Under the pieces are notes generated by a model. It saw nothing but the letters and a program-made list of their open reading frames with translations. It was not told where the DNA came from and did no database searches. Of a stretch of 64,000 nucleotides of DNA, positions 9,152 to 18,701 are shown piece after piece (position 1 is the first letter of the stretch; each line of letters starts with the position of its first letter). Source of the DNA: Candidatus Poribacteria bacterium. Lineage in GTDB: Bacteria > Poribacteria > WGA-4E > WGA-3G. The DNA is taken from contig OZ240248.1 in assembly GCA_965198235.1 (NCBI GenBank), positions 1,920,001-1,984,000 on the forward strand, read 5' to 3'. A program made the translations under genes and the position numbers.

Positions 9152-10480
9152 ATGGAGAGCTTGGACATTGGCAAGCTCCAAGAAATGGAGTTCTCGGAAC
9201 TCAAAGACTTCGCCCTGACTCTCGGAGTGACCGAATACAACGGGTCTCGGAAAGAGGAATTGATTAACGAAATTATAGAGGCTAAATCTGAGGGTGATGC
9301 CCAATTTTACGGGGGTGGAGTCTTGGAAATCCTTGATGACCGAGACCAGCACTACGGTTTTCTCCGCTCATCGCGCTCCAATTATTTGCAGAGTAACGAG
9401 GATATTTATGTGTCCTCATCGCAAATTCGGCGTTTCGATTTACAAACCGGACACGTCGTTGAAGGGGTAATTCGACCCCCCAAGAAGACGGAAAACAAAG
9501 CAGAGCGCTACTTCGCAATGCTACAAATTGAGAAGGTTAACGGAGAAACACCTGAAGCCGTCAAACAGAAAATCCTTTTCAATAACCTCACCCCTATCCA
9601 CCCGTACGAAAAATTGAAACTCGAACATAGTCAGTCAGAGTACGGGACTCGCATCGTGGATCTAATAGCACCGATCGGGAAGGGACAACGCGGTTTGATT
9701 GTCGCTCCACCTTACAGTGGTAAGACCACGCTGTTGAAGAATATTGCCGCCGGCATTGAAGCTAACCATCCAGAGGTCATTCTCATCTTTTTACTCATTG
9801 ATGAACGTCCCGAGGAAGTTACAGATGTCGCTCGTTCTGTCAAAGGAGAAGTCATTAGTTCTACTTTTGATGAACATCCAGAACGGCACATCCAGGTCGC
9901 AGAGATGGCGATTGGAAAGGCGAAACGGTGGGCGGAGTACGGAAAAGATGTCGTCGTTCTCTTAGATAGCATGACCCGACTGGCACGTGCGCACAATGTC
10001 ATGACACCCCACAGTGGAAAAACGTTGTCCGGTGGCTTAGATGCCATGGCATTTGTGAAGCCGCGTCAATTCTGCGGCGCAGCTCGGAAATTTGAAGAGG
10101 GCGGAAGTCTAACGGTTATTGCATCCGTACTCGTCGATACGGAAAGCCGACAAGATGAATACATCTATGAAGAATTCAAAGGCACTGCCAACATGGAAAT
10201 CCACATGGAGCGTTCTTTGTTAGATCTCCGCATCTATCCACCGATTAACATCGAAAAGTCGAAAACACGCCGTGAGGAACTCTTATTGGCACCAGATGTT
10301 CTTAACAAAGTCTGGGTGCTGCGGAAATTCACGAGCCAGATGGACGACGCGGAATCGCTGGAAATGCTCATTGAACAATTCGGCAAAACGGGTACAAACG
10401 CAGAATTCCTCGAACGGATGGTAGACAATGCGACTTACAGTAATGCGTCAGTAAGAACCAACGCTCGTCTGAAGCGATGA
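9152..10480 (+). CDS. rho: transcription termination factor Rho
   Basis: YGFLRS and DIYVSSSQIRRF RNA-binding motifs, PIGKGQRGLIVAPP..GKT, LIDERPEEVTD, EEFKGTANME. Confidence 0.98.
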   Translation: MESLDIGKLQEMEFSELKDFALTLGVTEYNGSRKEELINEIIEAKSEGDAQFYGGGVLEILDDRDQHYGFLRSSRSNYLQSNEDIYVSSSQIRRFDLQTGHVVEGVIRPPKKTENKAERYFAMLQIEKVNGETPEAVKQKILFNNLTPIHPYEKLKLEHSQSEYGTRIVDLIAPIGKGQRGLIVAPPYSGKTTLLKNIAAGIEANHPEVILIFLLIDERPEEVTDVARSVKGEVISSTFDEHPERHIQVAEMAIGKAKRWAEYGKDVVVLLDSMTRLARAHNVMTPHSGKTLSGGLDAMAFVKPRQFCGAARKFEEGGSLTVIASVLVDTESRQDEYIYEEFKGTANMEIHMERSLLDLRIYPPINIEKSKTRREELLLAPDVLNKVWVLRKFTSQMDDAESLEMLIEQFGKTGTNAEFLERMVDNATYSNASVRTNARLKR

Positions 10481-10862
10481 GCGTGAATTCCTACACGTCT
10501 ACTCTTCCGCGTCTCAAAAGCGCGGCTCGGCTATAGGAATGTTGGAGCATTTCCTATAGCCATCAAAATCTGGAGAATAAGAGATTTATCTGTGGAAAAG
10601 CGATAAAAAGCAGATAAATCTGGGCGAAGTGTTGATGTGAGTAAAATTGTAAACCCTGGCTTTGCTAAAGAACCACACAACCCGCGCCACCCGCGACGTT
10701 GAAGCGGTATAGAAACATCCGATAATTCGCAGCATAGAAGTTAACAGGCGTTAGCATTTAGGTACTAACTTTGTAGGTTCCACCAATCTATTGGTGATTG
10801 CAAACCGAGATTTCTATAAAACAAATCAGTAGAAATACTCAGGTTCAAAGGAACAGAACTTG

Positions 10863-11078
10863 ATGAAAACCGAAATACATCCGGAAATGGTAGAATGTGT
10901 TATTACATGCGTTTGCGGTGCAACCCATAAAACGCTCGCTATTCAACCAGCGATGCGGGTAGATATTTGTGGAAAATGCCACCCATTCTACACTGGACAA
11001 CAAGCTCGATTTATCGACACTGCCGGACGCGTTGAAAGTTTCCGCCGACGTTATGGACTCACCGAAGACGATAATTAG
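10863..11078 (+). CDS. rpmE: 50S ribosomal protein L31, Zn-binding form
   Basis: MKTEIHP..CVCG...DICGKCHPFYTG...GRVESFRRRY. Confidence 0.97.
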   Translation: MKTEIHPEMVECVITCVCGATHKTLAIQPAMRVDICGKCHPFYTGQQARFIDTAGRVESFRRRYGLTEDDN

Positions 11079-11284
11079 AAATATTGTTTCGCGGGTAAGT
11101 TTATTGGTCGGTGTTCCAAGAAGAGAGACCATGCCTTAACAATAGTAGGCACGGGAAATGCCTGATGCTTACGGAACAGTAATCAAGCAGGACAGAAACC
11201 TACCCTACGTCCGAAAGTATAGGCGGGTCTTTCTTAGCTTTTAACAGTTAACCGCAAGTTTTGACTTGCAAGCGGTGACAAAAC

Positions 11285-12352
11285 ATGTTTGAGAAACTCA
11301 AGGATATTGAAAACAAATACGCTGAAGTCGAAAGGTCACTCGGAGACCCAGCGCAAATTTCAAATCAACAACGATTAATGGAGTTATCTAAAACTCACGC
11401 CGAGCTCTCGCCAATTGTGTCCACTTATCAGGAGTACCAGCAGTTAGAATCAGCACTTGAAGAGACGCTTCTCCTCATAGAATCGGAAACGGATGCGGAA
11501 ATGCTCGGATTAGTGCAAGAAGAGTGCGATGCTCTCGCTGCGAAAAAAGAAAAACTGACTGAGGAGCTTAAGGTTCTCCTCGTTCCAAAAGATCCGAACG
11601 ATGCAAAGAACGTCATCATCGAAATTCGGGCAGGGACGGGTGGTGAAGAAGCCAGTCTTTTCGCAGCCGAATTGTTTCGAATGTACACCCGCTATGCTGA
11701 ACGTCGGAACTGGAGACTGGAACTACTCAGTTCAAATGCAACTGGCTTAAAAGGATTTAAAGAGGTTGTCTTCTCAATTGAAGGGCAGAACGCATACAGT
11801 CAACTGAAATTTGAGGGCGGTATACATCGTGTGCAGCGAATTCCGGCAACCGAGGCAAGTGGACGCATTCATACATCTGCCGCCACGGTAGCCGTTCTCC
11901 CTGAAGCAGAAGCACTCGATTTGGCGATTGATGAGGCAACCGAATTACGTATTGATACCTACCGATCTTCAGGTCCCGGCGGACAAAGTGTTAACACAAC
12001 CGACTCCGCTATTCGTATTACTTACCTGCCAACGGGTCTGGTTGTGACATGCCAAGACGAAAAATCTCAACATAAAAATCGTTCCAAGGCGATGAAGATT
12101 CTCCGTGCCCGCCTCCAAGAACAAAAACAATCTGAACTTAACAATGAAAGAGCCGAAACCCGCAGATCTATGGTTGGCAGTGGCGACAGAAGCCAGAAAA
12201 TTCGCACCTATAACTTCCCACAATCTCGTGTAACTGACCACCGGATCCAATTCAGTTCCTATCAACTTGACACCGTTTTAGATGGTGCCCTACAAATGTT
12301 TATTGAACGGCTAACAACTGCCGATCAAGCGGAGAGGTTGAAAGAGGCTTAA
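11285..12352 (+). CDS. prfA: peptide chain release factor 1
   Basis: GTGGEEA, HRVQRIPATE (PxT), SSGPGGQSVN (GGQ). Confidence 0.98.
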   Translation: MFEKLKDIENKYAEVERSLGDPAQISNQQRLMELSKTHAELSPIVSTYQEYQQLESALEETLLLIESETDAEMLGLVQEECDALAAKKEKLTEELKVLLVPKDPNDAKNVIIEIRAGTGGEEASLFAAELFRMYTRYAERRNWRLELLSSNATGLKGFKEVVFSIEGQNAYSQLKFEGGIHRVQRIPATEASGRIHTSAATVAVLPEAEALDLAIDEATELRIDTYRSSGPGGQSVNTTDSAIRITYLPTGLVVTCQDEKSQHKNRSKAMKILRARLQEQKQSELNNERAETRRSMVGSGDRSQKIRTYNFPQSRVTDHRIQFSSYQLDTVLDGALQMFIERLTTADQAERLKEA

Positions 12353-12379
12353 AGCCTTCCAGTTAAGGAACACGGAACT

Positions 12380-13258
12380 ATGCCGGATAAAATGTGGCGC
12401 GTAATGGATCTACTCGATTGGACAGTGGGGTACTTTCAACAGCACGGCATCCCGAATCCGAGATTAGATGCTGAGGTATTGCTTGGACACCTGCTCGAAA
12501 AAAGCCGCCTGCAGCTCTATCTCCACTTTGAAATGCCTGTCTTTCAAGAACACCTCACACCGTTCCGAGAACTGATAAAAAAGAGAATCGCGCACACACC
12601 TGTTAGTTACCTAACGAATCGCAAGGAGTTTATGTCCTTGGATTTCTATGTGGATGAACGAGTCCTCATTCCGCGCCCAGAGACAGAACAACTCGTTGAA
12701 ACTATTCTCGCAACAAAAACCGGAGATTTCCAGCGTTTACTGGAACTCGGTACAGGGAGTGGTGTGATTGTTACGAGTCTTGCGGTGCAACAACCGGAAT
12801 GGGAGATCGTTGCAACAGACATCTCTGAACCTGCCCTCGCTGTTGCTCGGAAGAACGCTGAAACACACGCGTGCGCAGCGCAAATTGAGTTTTTGTCTGG
12901 AGATCTGTTTGAGCCGATAGAAGCAATAAACACGAATGGGGACACACGATTTGATTGGATTGTTTGCAATCCACCCTATATCAAAAATACAGAGCGTGAT
13001 ACTTTGAGTCCGGATGTCCGCGACTATGAACCGGAGATTGCTCTCTTTGCTGGAGATGACGGTCTTTCCGTTATTCGTCGATTAATTGCTGAGGCACCTA
13101 AATACCTCGCACCCACTGGAAAACTTATCCTTGAAATCGGGGCAACACAAGCCGACACCGTTCGAGCTCTTCTTGACGCTGAATCTGCGTACGCCACGTA
13201 TGAACTGCTCAAGGACTATGCAGAGAAGGAACGGGTTGTTCTGGCAGGGGTCTCATAG
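12380..13258 (+). CDS. prmC: release factor glutamine methyltransferase HemK/PrmC
   Basis: VLIPRPETE, ELGTGSG, NPPY; follows prfA. Confidence 0.96.
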   Translation: MPDKMWRVMDLLDWTVGYFQQHGIPNPRLDAEVLLGHLLEKSRLQLYLHFEMPVFQEHLTPFRELIKKRIAHTPVSYLTNRKEFMSLDFYVDERVLIPRPETEQLVETILATKTGDFQRLLELGTGSGVIVTSLAVQQPEWEIVATDISEPALAVARKNAETHACAAQIEFLSGDLFEPIEAINTNGDTRFDWIVCNPPYIKNTERDTLSPDVRDYEPEIALFAGDDGLSVIRRLIAEAPKYLAPTGKLILEIGATQADTVRALLDAESAYATYELLKDYAEKERVVLAGVS

Positions 13259-13540
13259 AGACGCATTTTAGTTTTTATACTGCAGTCATGATCGTCCGAT
13301 CGTGACTTTCCAATGTAAATTAAAAACTGAATTTTGGCTGACTGTCCGCGCTTTTATGACGCTACTGGCGCGTTTTTTGGGTGCGACTCAGGCAATTATC
13401 CATAAATTTTGAAAAAATTTGTTTTTTTCTTGGCATATTTTGTGAAAATATTATATAATAAATTAACCTTTCTCTCATGGGTCTTTTAGGGAACGTTGGT
13501 AGCGCGTTAATTCTCCACGGCGTGCCACTCTTTTCGTTTT

Positions 13541-13568
13541 TGAAACGTAATAGGATTTGTTGACGTTA
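13541..13568 (+). promoter_or_regulatory. candidate ECF-type autoregulatory promoter
   Basis: TGAAAC (13541-13546), 17 bp, CGTTA (13564-13568), about 50 bp upstream of the ECF sigma gene. Confidence 0.45.
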
Positions 13569-13619
13569 CATTGCATAGCCTGCTGAAAAGAATCCTTATA
13601 GGCGAAGGAGCAGATTTGA

Positions 13620-14234
13620 ATGGCGCGCCAAATATCTAATGATTTATCTGCTGTCGAAGATACCTATCTCGCGACGCAAGCGAAAGCAGGCAATGAAGCC
13701 GCATTTAGGCAATTGTTCGACAAGCATTATAAGTGGGTTTATAACAAAGCCTACCGGATGCTTGGAAATTATCAAGATGCTGAGGAGGTTGCCTCCGATG
13801 TGTTCGTTAAAGTTTGGCAGAAGCTGGGCAAATGGGACACAGAGCAGGGTAGTTTTCAAGCATGGTTAAATACGGTAGCTCGAAATACTATTATCGATGC
13901 AATACGGAAGCGGGACAGGATTCGGGAACACCCTCTCAGTGGTTCGCCTGATGAGGATGAACAACCGCTGAGTAAATACGAAGACCCGCGCCCGGGTCCC
14001 GAGCAAGAATTAGAAGCCGCAGAAGCGCAACAGATTTTGGAGAGTGCCCTTGAACAGGTAACGAAACCAAATCATCGGATTGCGTGGATGTTGCGGCACT
14101 TAGAAGGCTATAGTATTGCAGAGATTGCCCGCATCCTCAACCGCAAGGATGGCACTGTGAAAATCTGGATTTTTCGGTGCACCGAGGAATTGCGGAAGAT
14201 TCTGATTGCCAAAGGCATTCAGTGGATATATTAA
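13620..14234 (+). CDS. ECF-family RNA polymerase sigma factor
   Basis: DAEEVASDVFVKVW, FQAWLNTVARN (region 2), EGYSIAEIARIL..GTVK (region 4). Confidence 0.93.
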   Translation: MARQISNDLSAVEDTYLATQAKAGNEAAFRQLFDKHYKWVYNKAYRMLGNYQDAEEVASDVFVKVWQKLGKWDTEQGSFQAWLNTVARNTIIDAIRKRDRIREHPLSGSPDEDEQPLSKYEDPRPGPEQELEAAEAQQILESALEQVTKPNHRIAWMLRHLEGYSIAEIARILNRKDGTVKIWIFRCTEELRKILIAKGIQWIY

Positions 14235-14250
14235 TTTGGAGGATTAACTT

Positions 14251-14913
14251 ATGCGCTTCTGGAAGAAATGGCGGAGGGCCGGCATCTCGGCAGACGACTT
14301 GAGAAAGGCGGAGATGTTGGAAGCTTATACGTGCTGGCTGAAAAATGCGAAGTTATCACGTAAGCAGAAACGTCTTCTAAAGGAAATTCACAACTTTCCG
14401 GAACTTCAGTCATTGAAACAATTAATAGACTTCTCACACTACCGATTTGAAGAGAGAGAGAACATTGTGCCGCCGCCTGGTGCCGAGCAGCGCGCTCGCG
14501 AACGTGTGATGGCGGAAATTCGGGGCGAAGCAGTAGAAACCGATACTATGGATGTAGACGGACAGGAACTGCAACCCGGTTATAGCCCACAGGGTATGGG
14601 CAGTGAAACTACCGAAATCATGCAGGTCGATGCGTCTTTACCCGATGCCGATGCACTACAGAAGTGGGATACTGAACAACAAACACCTGAATCCCCAGAG
14701 ATGTTGAAGCGTTACAACGCAATCCGGACGCTTTCTCGTTTACACGTCCGATTTGAGCAGAAGGATGACGATGTCTACGTCACGGATTTGGGTAGTTCTG
14801 ATACGACTTATCTTGATAACGCACGTGTTGAAGCATCGACCCTCATTCAAGACGGTTCTACGCTAAAATGTGGAAAAGTTAGTTTCAAAGTCGTCGATAT
14901 TGAACGGTCATAA
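14251..14913 (+). CDS. putative soluble anti-sigma-like protein with C-terminal degenerate FHA domain
   Basis: 16 bp after the sigma gene with GGAGG RBS; LSRLHVRF...VTDLGSSDTTY...IQDGSTLKCG resembles the FHA core; no TM segment. Confidence 0.55.
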   Translation: MRFWKKWRRAGISADDLRKAEMLEAYTCWLKNAKLSRKQKRLLKEIHNFPELQSLKQLIDFSHYRFEERENIVPPPGAEQRARERVMAEIRGEAVETDTMDVDGQELQPGYSPQGMGSETTEIMQVDASLPDADALQKWDTEQQTPESPEMLKRYNAIRTLSRLHVRFEQKDDDVYVTDLGSSDTTYLDNARVEASTLIQDGSTLKCGKVSFKVVDIERS

Positions 14914-14977
14914 TTATACACGGAGAAGGATTGCGTTGTGCATTGAGGGGTAAACCCTTAATGCACCACCGTTCCTT

Positions 14978-16048
14978 ATGAAGGCTGTGCACCTTGGGCA
15001 TACCAATTCATTGGCATTATCACATTTTCAACAAGCAACGCTCAGTTATGGACAGGCGTGCTATGTTGAAGCTATCCAACACTATCTCGCTGGCTTGAAA
15101 TTGGGCGCGGCACAGCATCACTATATCTATGCCGACCTCGCGAAAGCCTATGAGATGGTTGGAGAGTGGGATACAGCATTGGCGTGTTTAGACATTGCCC
15201 TTCGATTATGTCCTGATTCGCCAACAGCTCTTAGGCGCAAAGCGCGCATTCTTGATGAGAAAGCGTGTTACAATACTCTTATCTCTTTCGATGACTTTCA
15301 GGAACCACCTCCCGTCCAATTCCTTGAACAGTTACACGTGAGACCTACGAAGTTCCCTAAACAGGTTGTCCATTCGGAATTTTTCGATCTCACTTGTCAT
15401 CCTGAAATGAATTCCCAGACAGTCTGGAACATCTGTCGACTGATTTATCGAACTTACTCGGAATTGGGTGAAATGTTAGGGGACTATCCCGCTTCACCGG
15501 TTTCTATATCGATTGCAAATACAAACGGGCGGGCTGTCTCTCAACGTTCGATGCCGAGATGGGCGAGTGGATGCTACGATGGTGGCATCCGTCTGGCATA
15601 CTGCGCAGCGGGTGAGCCAGTGCTAAGCATTTTATATGCCCTGCTACGGCATGAATGGGTACATCTGTTGATTCATCATTTAGCACGCGGACATTGTCCT
15701 GTATGGCTTGACGAAGGAATCGCACAAAGCATTGCCCGCCCTATGTTCCAGTCCGAACGCCTTGACTTGCAGCAGGCGGTTCAGATGGAATGTTTACTCC
15801 CTTTTGCTGTCCTGAACAAACCGTTTAAACAACTCCCCGCAAAATATCGGAAATTGGCGTATATCCAATCCACTGCAGTAGCAGAATTTCTCATCCAGCA
15901 ATTCGGTTTCCCCAAAATTCGCAAGTTGCTTCACCAATTAGGCAACGGCACTCCGATAGAGATTGCAATTGAACAGGTATTTGGGTGCAGTTTGACGGAA
16001 ATTCCTTTTCTTCAAGAGAGCGAACAGATGCCCAACCCAGTTTTTTAA
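14978..16048 (+). CDS. TPR + peptidase MA-like zinc metallopeptidase
   Basis: N-terminal TPR, HEWVH followed by PVWLDEGIA (gluzincin-like). Confidence 0.8.
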   Translation: MKAVHLGHTNSLALSHFQQATLSYGQACYVEAIQHYLAGLKLGAAQHHYIYADLAKAYEMVGEWDTALACLDIALRLCPDSPTALRRKARILDEKACYNTLISFDDFQEPPPVQFLEQLHVRPTKFPKQVVHSEFFDLTCHPEMNSQTVWNICRLIYRTYSELGEMLGDYPASPVSISIANTNGRAVSQRSMPRWASGCYDGGIRLAYCAAGEPVLSILYALLRHEWVHLLIHHLARGHCPVWLDEGIAQSIARPMFQSERLDLQQAVQMECLLPFAVLNKPFKQLPAKYRKLAYIQSTAVAEFLIQQFGFPKIRKLLHQLGNGTPIEIAIEQVFGCSLTEIPFLQESEQMPNPVF

Positions 16049-16232
16049 TTATACCTTGCGGTTCGGTCAGGACAGTTGAGAGTTGACGTTCCCCTCTGTA
16101 TATCTGAAGAAACACCCAAGCAAAAACCCCTCCGTTACGTTATGGGCTAAGGTTTTGGTTTAATGTTTCCAAAAAAAAGAAACGTTGAGACTTAACCAGA
16201 AACCTGCGCGTAACGAAGTGGAGCGCAGCCCA
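16041..16232 (-). repeat. dispersed repeat arm (16041-16149) plus associated module; contains the TAA stop of the upstream peptidase gene
   Basis: Reverse complement of 16041-16149 aligns with 4079-4188 including GGAGGGGTTTTTGCTTGGGTGTTTCTTCAGAT; TAACCAGAAA(C/T)CTGC module shared with 31092 and 37430. Confidence 0.85.
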
Positions 16233-16257
16233 GAGTCCCAGAAATTAAAAATCAAAA

Positions 16258-16752
16258 ATGACGAAACTCGATATTGGTATTCTCATTCTTGTTGGATTGG
16301 CTGGTGTAAGTTGCTACCGTGCGGGTTTCACCCGAAGTGTATGGGGTATATTCGTAATCGGCATCGGATTCTTTACTGCTTGTCAATTTTGGGGTCAACT
16401 TGCGATAGTTGTCCAAAAATTGGTAGCAAATCCCAGTTGGGCGAAATGGCTGAGCATTGTTGCTATTGTGCTGGTCGTCTCTATTCTTGTTGACTCGCTT
16501 TTTGAGCGTATTCAGCGGATTCTTGAAAGAGGGGTTTTGGGCTGGGTAAACCATCTACTTGGACTTGGCTTTGGTATTGCTTCTGGTGGGCTTGTTATAG
16601 CCTTCGCGCTCATCCTTCTCAACGCACATGGCGGCGATGGCTTCAAAAACGAGATTGCAAATTCTCGATTTGCTCCATACCTCACAGATATCGGAAATCG
16701 CGTTTGGGCAGTTAGCAAGGAGCATGTGCAAAAGCAACTTAATACCGAATGA
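16258..16752 (+). CDS. cvpA: CvpA (colicin V production) family membrane protein
   Basis: LDIGIL...YRAGF start, four TM segments, LGWVNHLLGLGFG, C-terminal S..APY. Confidence 0.8.
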   Translation: MTKLDIGILILVGLAGVSCYRAGFTRSVWGIFVIGIGFFTACQFWGQLAIVVQKLVANPSWAKWLSIVAIVLVVSILVDSLFERIQRILERGVLGWVNHLLGLGFGIASGGLVIAFALILLNAHGGDGFKNEIANSRFAPYLTDIGNRVWAVSKEHVQKQLNTE

Positions 16753-17696
16753 AAACCTTTCTCTCCGTTTTAGGGCAATATAGGCGTGTAGGTTGTGCCT
16801 TACACCTCGTTTTCTTATGTGCACTTCCGTTACCAGCTGCAGCTGTTGAGTCCACTTTTGCAGATTCACTCTTTCAAGAAGGTGATTATCTCAACGCCGC
16901 TCACGAGTATAAGCGACTCCTCTTTTTACACCCCAATACCTCTCGAATTGATTTCATAGCGTTTCGTGTTGCTGCATCCTACCAGAATGCAGGCAAATTG
17001 GAGAACGCGATCCGCGCCTACCAACTTCTGATTGATACCTATCCGAAAAGTATTCTTGTCGAGCGAGCGAAAAACAATATTGCGCAGTGTCATGTTCTGT
17101 CGGGCGATAGCGAGAAGGGACTTGCATCACTCAAACGGTTTCTTTCGGAACATAAGGAGAGTAGCTTAGCACCACGCGTGCACTTTACAATTGGAATGCT
17201 CCATGTGGATAAGGGAGAATGGGCACAAGCAAGCAGCGCGTGGAACGTGGTCTATTTAACCTACCCGGAGAGTCCTTTTGCTAAAGTGAGCGATAGATTG
17301 GCGCGGACGATAAAAAACGCTAACGCGCTTCCGCACCGTTCTCCGACGGTCGCCGGTGTGCTTTCAGCGTTAGTTCCCGGGAGTGGACAGATTTATAGTG
17401 GGAGGACGGCTGACGGACTTTACACCTTTGTTGGTATGGTGGTGTTGGGTAGTGCGAGCCTCTATTATGCTGACCAAGAGCGTTACGAAGTTGCGATACC
17501 TATTGGGATGGTTAGTATGTTTTTCTATGGAAATGGTATCTATCAGAGTATTCAATCGGCGCGAGTTTTCAATGTCCAACGCGAGGCACAATTTCGTAAT
17601 CGACTCCAACAGGAAATTCAAAGTTCGGGGCTATTCGGGGCAATATCGCCCCTAAAAGACAAGATGGAATTAGTAGTGTGGAAGCATAGGTTTTAG
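16749..17696 (+). CDS. exported TPR protein with C-terminal TM2-like membrane motif
   Basis: Signal-peptide-like N-terminus, TPRs, RSPTVAGVLSALVPGSGQIYSGR; ATGA overlap with cvpA. Confidence 0.7.
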   Translation: MKTFLSVLGQYRRVGCALHLVFLCALPLPAAAVESTFADSLFQEGDYLNAAHEYKRLLFLHPNTSRIDFIAFRVAASYQNAGKLENAIRAYQLLIDTYPKSILVERAKNNIAQCHVLSGDSEKGLASLKRFLSEHKESSLAPRVHFTIGMLHVDKGEWAQASSAWNVVYLTYPESPFAKVSDRLARTIKNANALPHRSPTVAGVLSALVPGSGQIYSGRTADGLYTFVGMVVLGSASLYYADQERYEVAIPIGMVSMFFYGNGIYQSIQSARVFNVQREAQFRNRLQQEIQSSGLFGAISPLKDKMELVVWKHRF

Positions 17697-17697
17697 T

Positions 17698-18564
17698 ATG
17701 GCAACTGCAAGTTTTTTAATTTCTCTCATAGTCTTTGCGGCTAGCGGGACTACTGAGGAGACAATCCAGCAATATCGTTACGCAGAGCAACTTTTTGAAT
17801 CGGGCGATTATCAAGCGGCAAGACTGGCATACAAACGTCTCCTTTTCTATCAACCTGACACAGAATTCCGGGATGTAGCGGATTACCGGGTTGCACAGAG
17901 TTATTACTATCAAAACCAACCTGAACGTGCTGAACATCTATTTCGTGAATTTTCAGTCGTTCATCCCAATTCACCTTTTCGGTTTCGGAGTCAGTTGATG
18001 ATTGGGCAGCTCCATTTTGATGCCGGTGTGTATTCACTGGCGCGAACGACGCTCTTTGAACTTCTGCACTCAAGTAAGGATACAGAAGTAGTGGCAGCAG
18101 CGCACTATCTGCGCGGTTGGTGCTACGTTTATACAGACGATTGGAACAGGGCTATTGCGGAATTGCGGCGAGTAGATACTTTCCAAACTGATACACCTCA
18201 CGGAAAAAATGCGCGTCGGTTGGCGGACATGCTTCTTGAAAAAACACCACTCCCACACAAATCGCCGCAAATAGCAGGATGGCTCTCCACAGTCGTTCCC
18301 GGGAGCGGGCAGCTCTATGTAGGAAGAGTCAAAGAAGGTGTCCTTGCAGCAGTCTTGGGTGGGACGTTCATTTATCTTGTAGCAGATGCGATTCGTGAAC
18401 GCCGTTATGTTGACTGTGCTGGTATCTCCTTGATTGGGTGGCAATTTTATTGGGGCAATCGCGTCGATGCCCAACGATTTGCATCCGAATATAACTTGCA
18501 TCGTGAGCGCGAATTGATTGAGACATTGAAAAATCAAGCGGGCGGAGTTTCGCCGTGGCAGTAG
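17698..18564 (+). CDS. exported TPR protein with C-terminal TM2-like motif, paralog of the preceding gene
   Basis: TPRs, KSPQIAGWLSTVVPGSGQLYVGR. Confidence 0.7.
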   Translation: MATASFLISLIVFAASGTTEETIQQYRYAEQLFESGDYQAARLAYKRLLFYQPDTEFRDVADYRVAQSYYYQNQPERAEHLFREFSVVHPNSPFRFRSQLMIGQLHFDAGVYSLARTTLFELLHSSKDTEVVAAAHYLRGWCYVYTDDWNRAIAELRRVDTFQTDTPHGKNARRLADMLLEKTPLPHKSPQIAGWLSTVVPGSGQLYVGRVKEGVLAAVLGGTFIYLVADAIRERRYVDCAGISLIGWQFYWGNRVDAQRFASEYNLHRERELIETLKNQAGGVSPWQ

Positions 18565-18576
18565 ATACGATTCCTG

Positions 18577-18701
18577 TTCTGTAGGAGCGAGCTGTGCTCG
18601 CGATTCTTTAGTTTACTTCTGTAGGAGCGAGCTGTGCTCGCGATTCTTTAGTTCACCAGATGACTTCTGTAGGAGCGAGCTGTGCTCGCGATTCTTTAGT
18701 T
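18577..18701 (+). repeat. three identical tandem 37-bp REP-containing units
   Basis: TTCTGTAGGAGCGAGCTGTGCTCGCGATTCTTTAGTT at 18577, 18617, 18665; GTAG followed by GCGAGC-tgt-GCTCGC palindrome. Confidence 0.9.

Noticed and set aside
18577-18701. Mini CRISPR array (three identical 37-bp repeats)
   Set aside because: Spacers are only 3 and 11 nt, no cas genes are present, and the unit has REP architecture.
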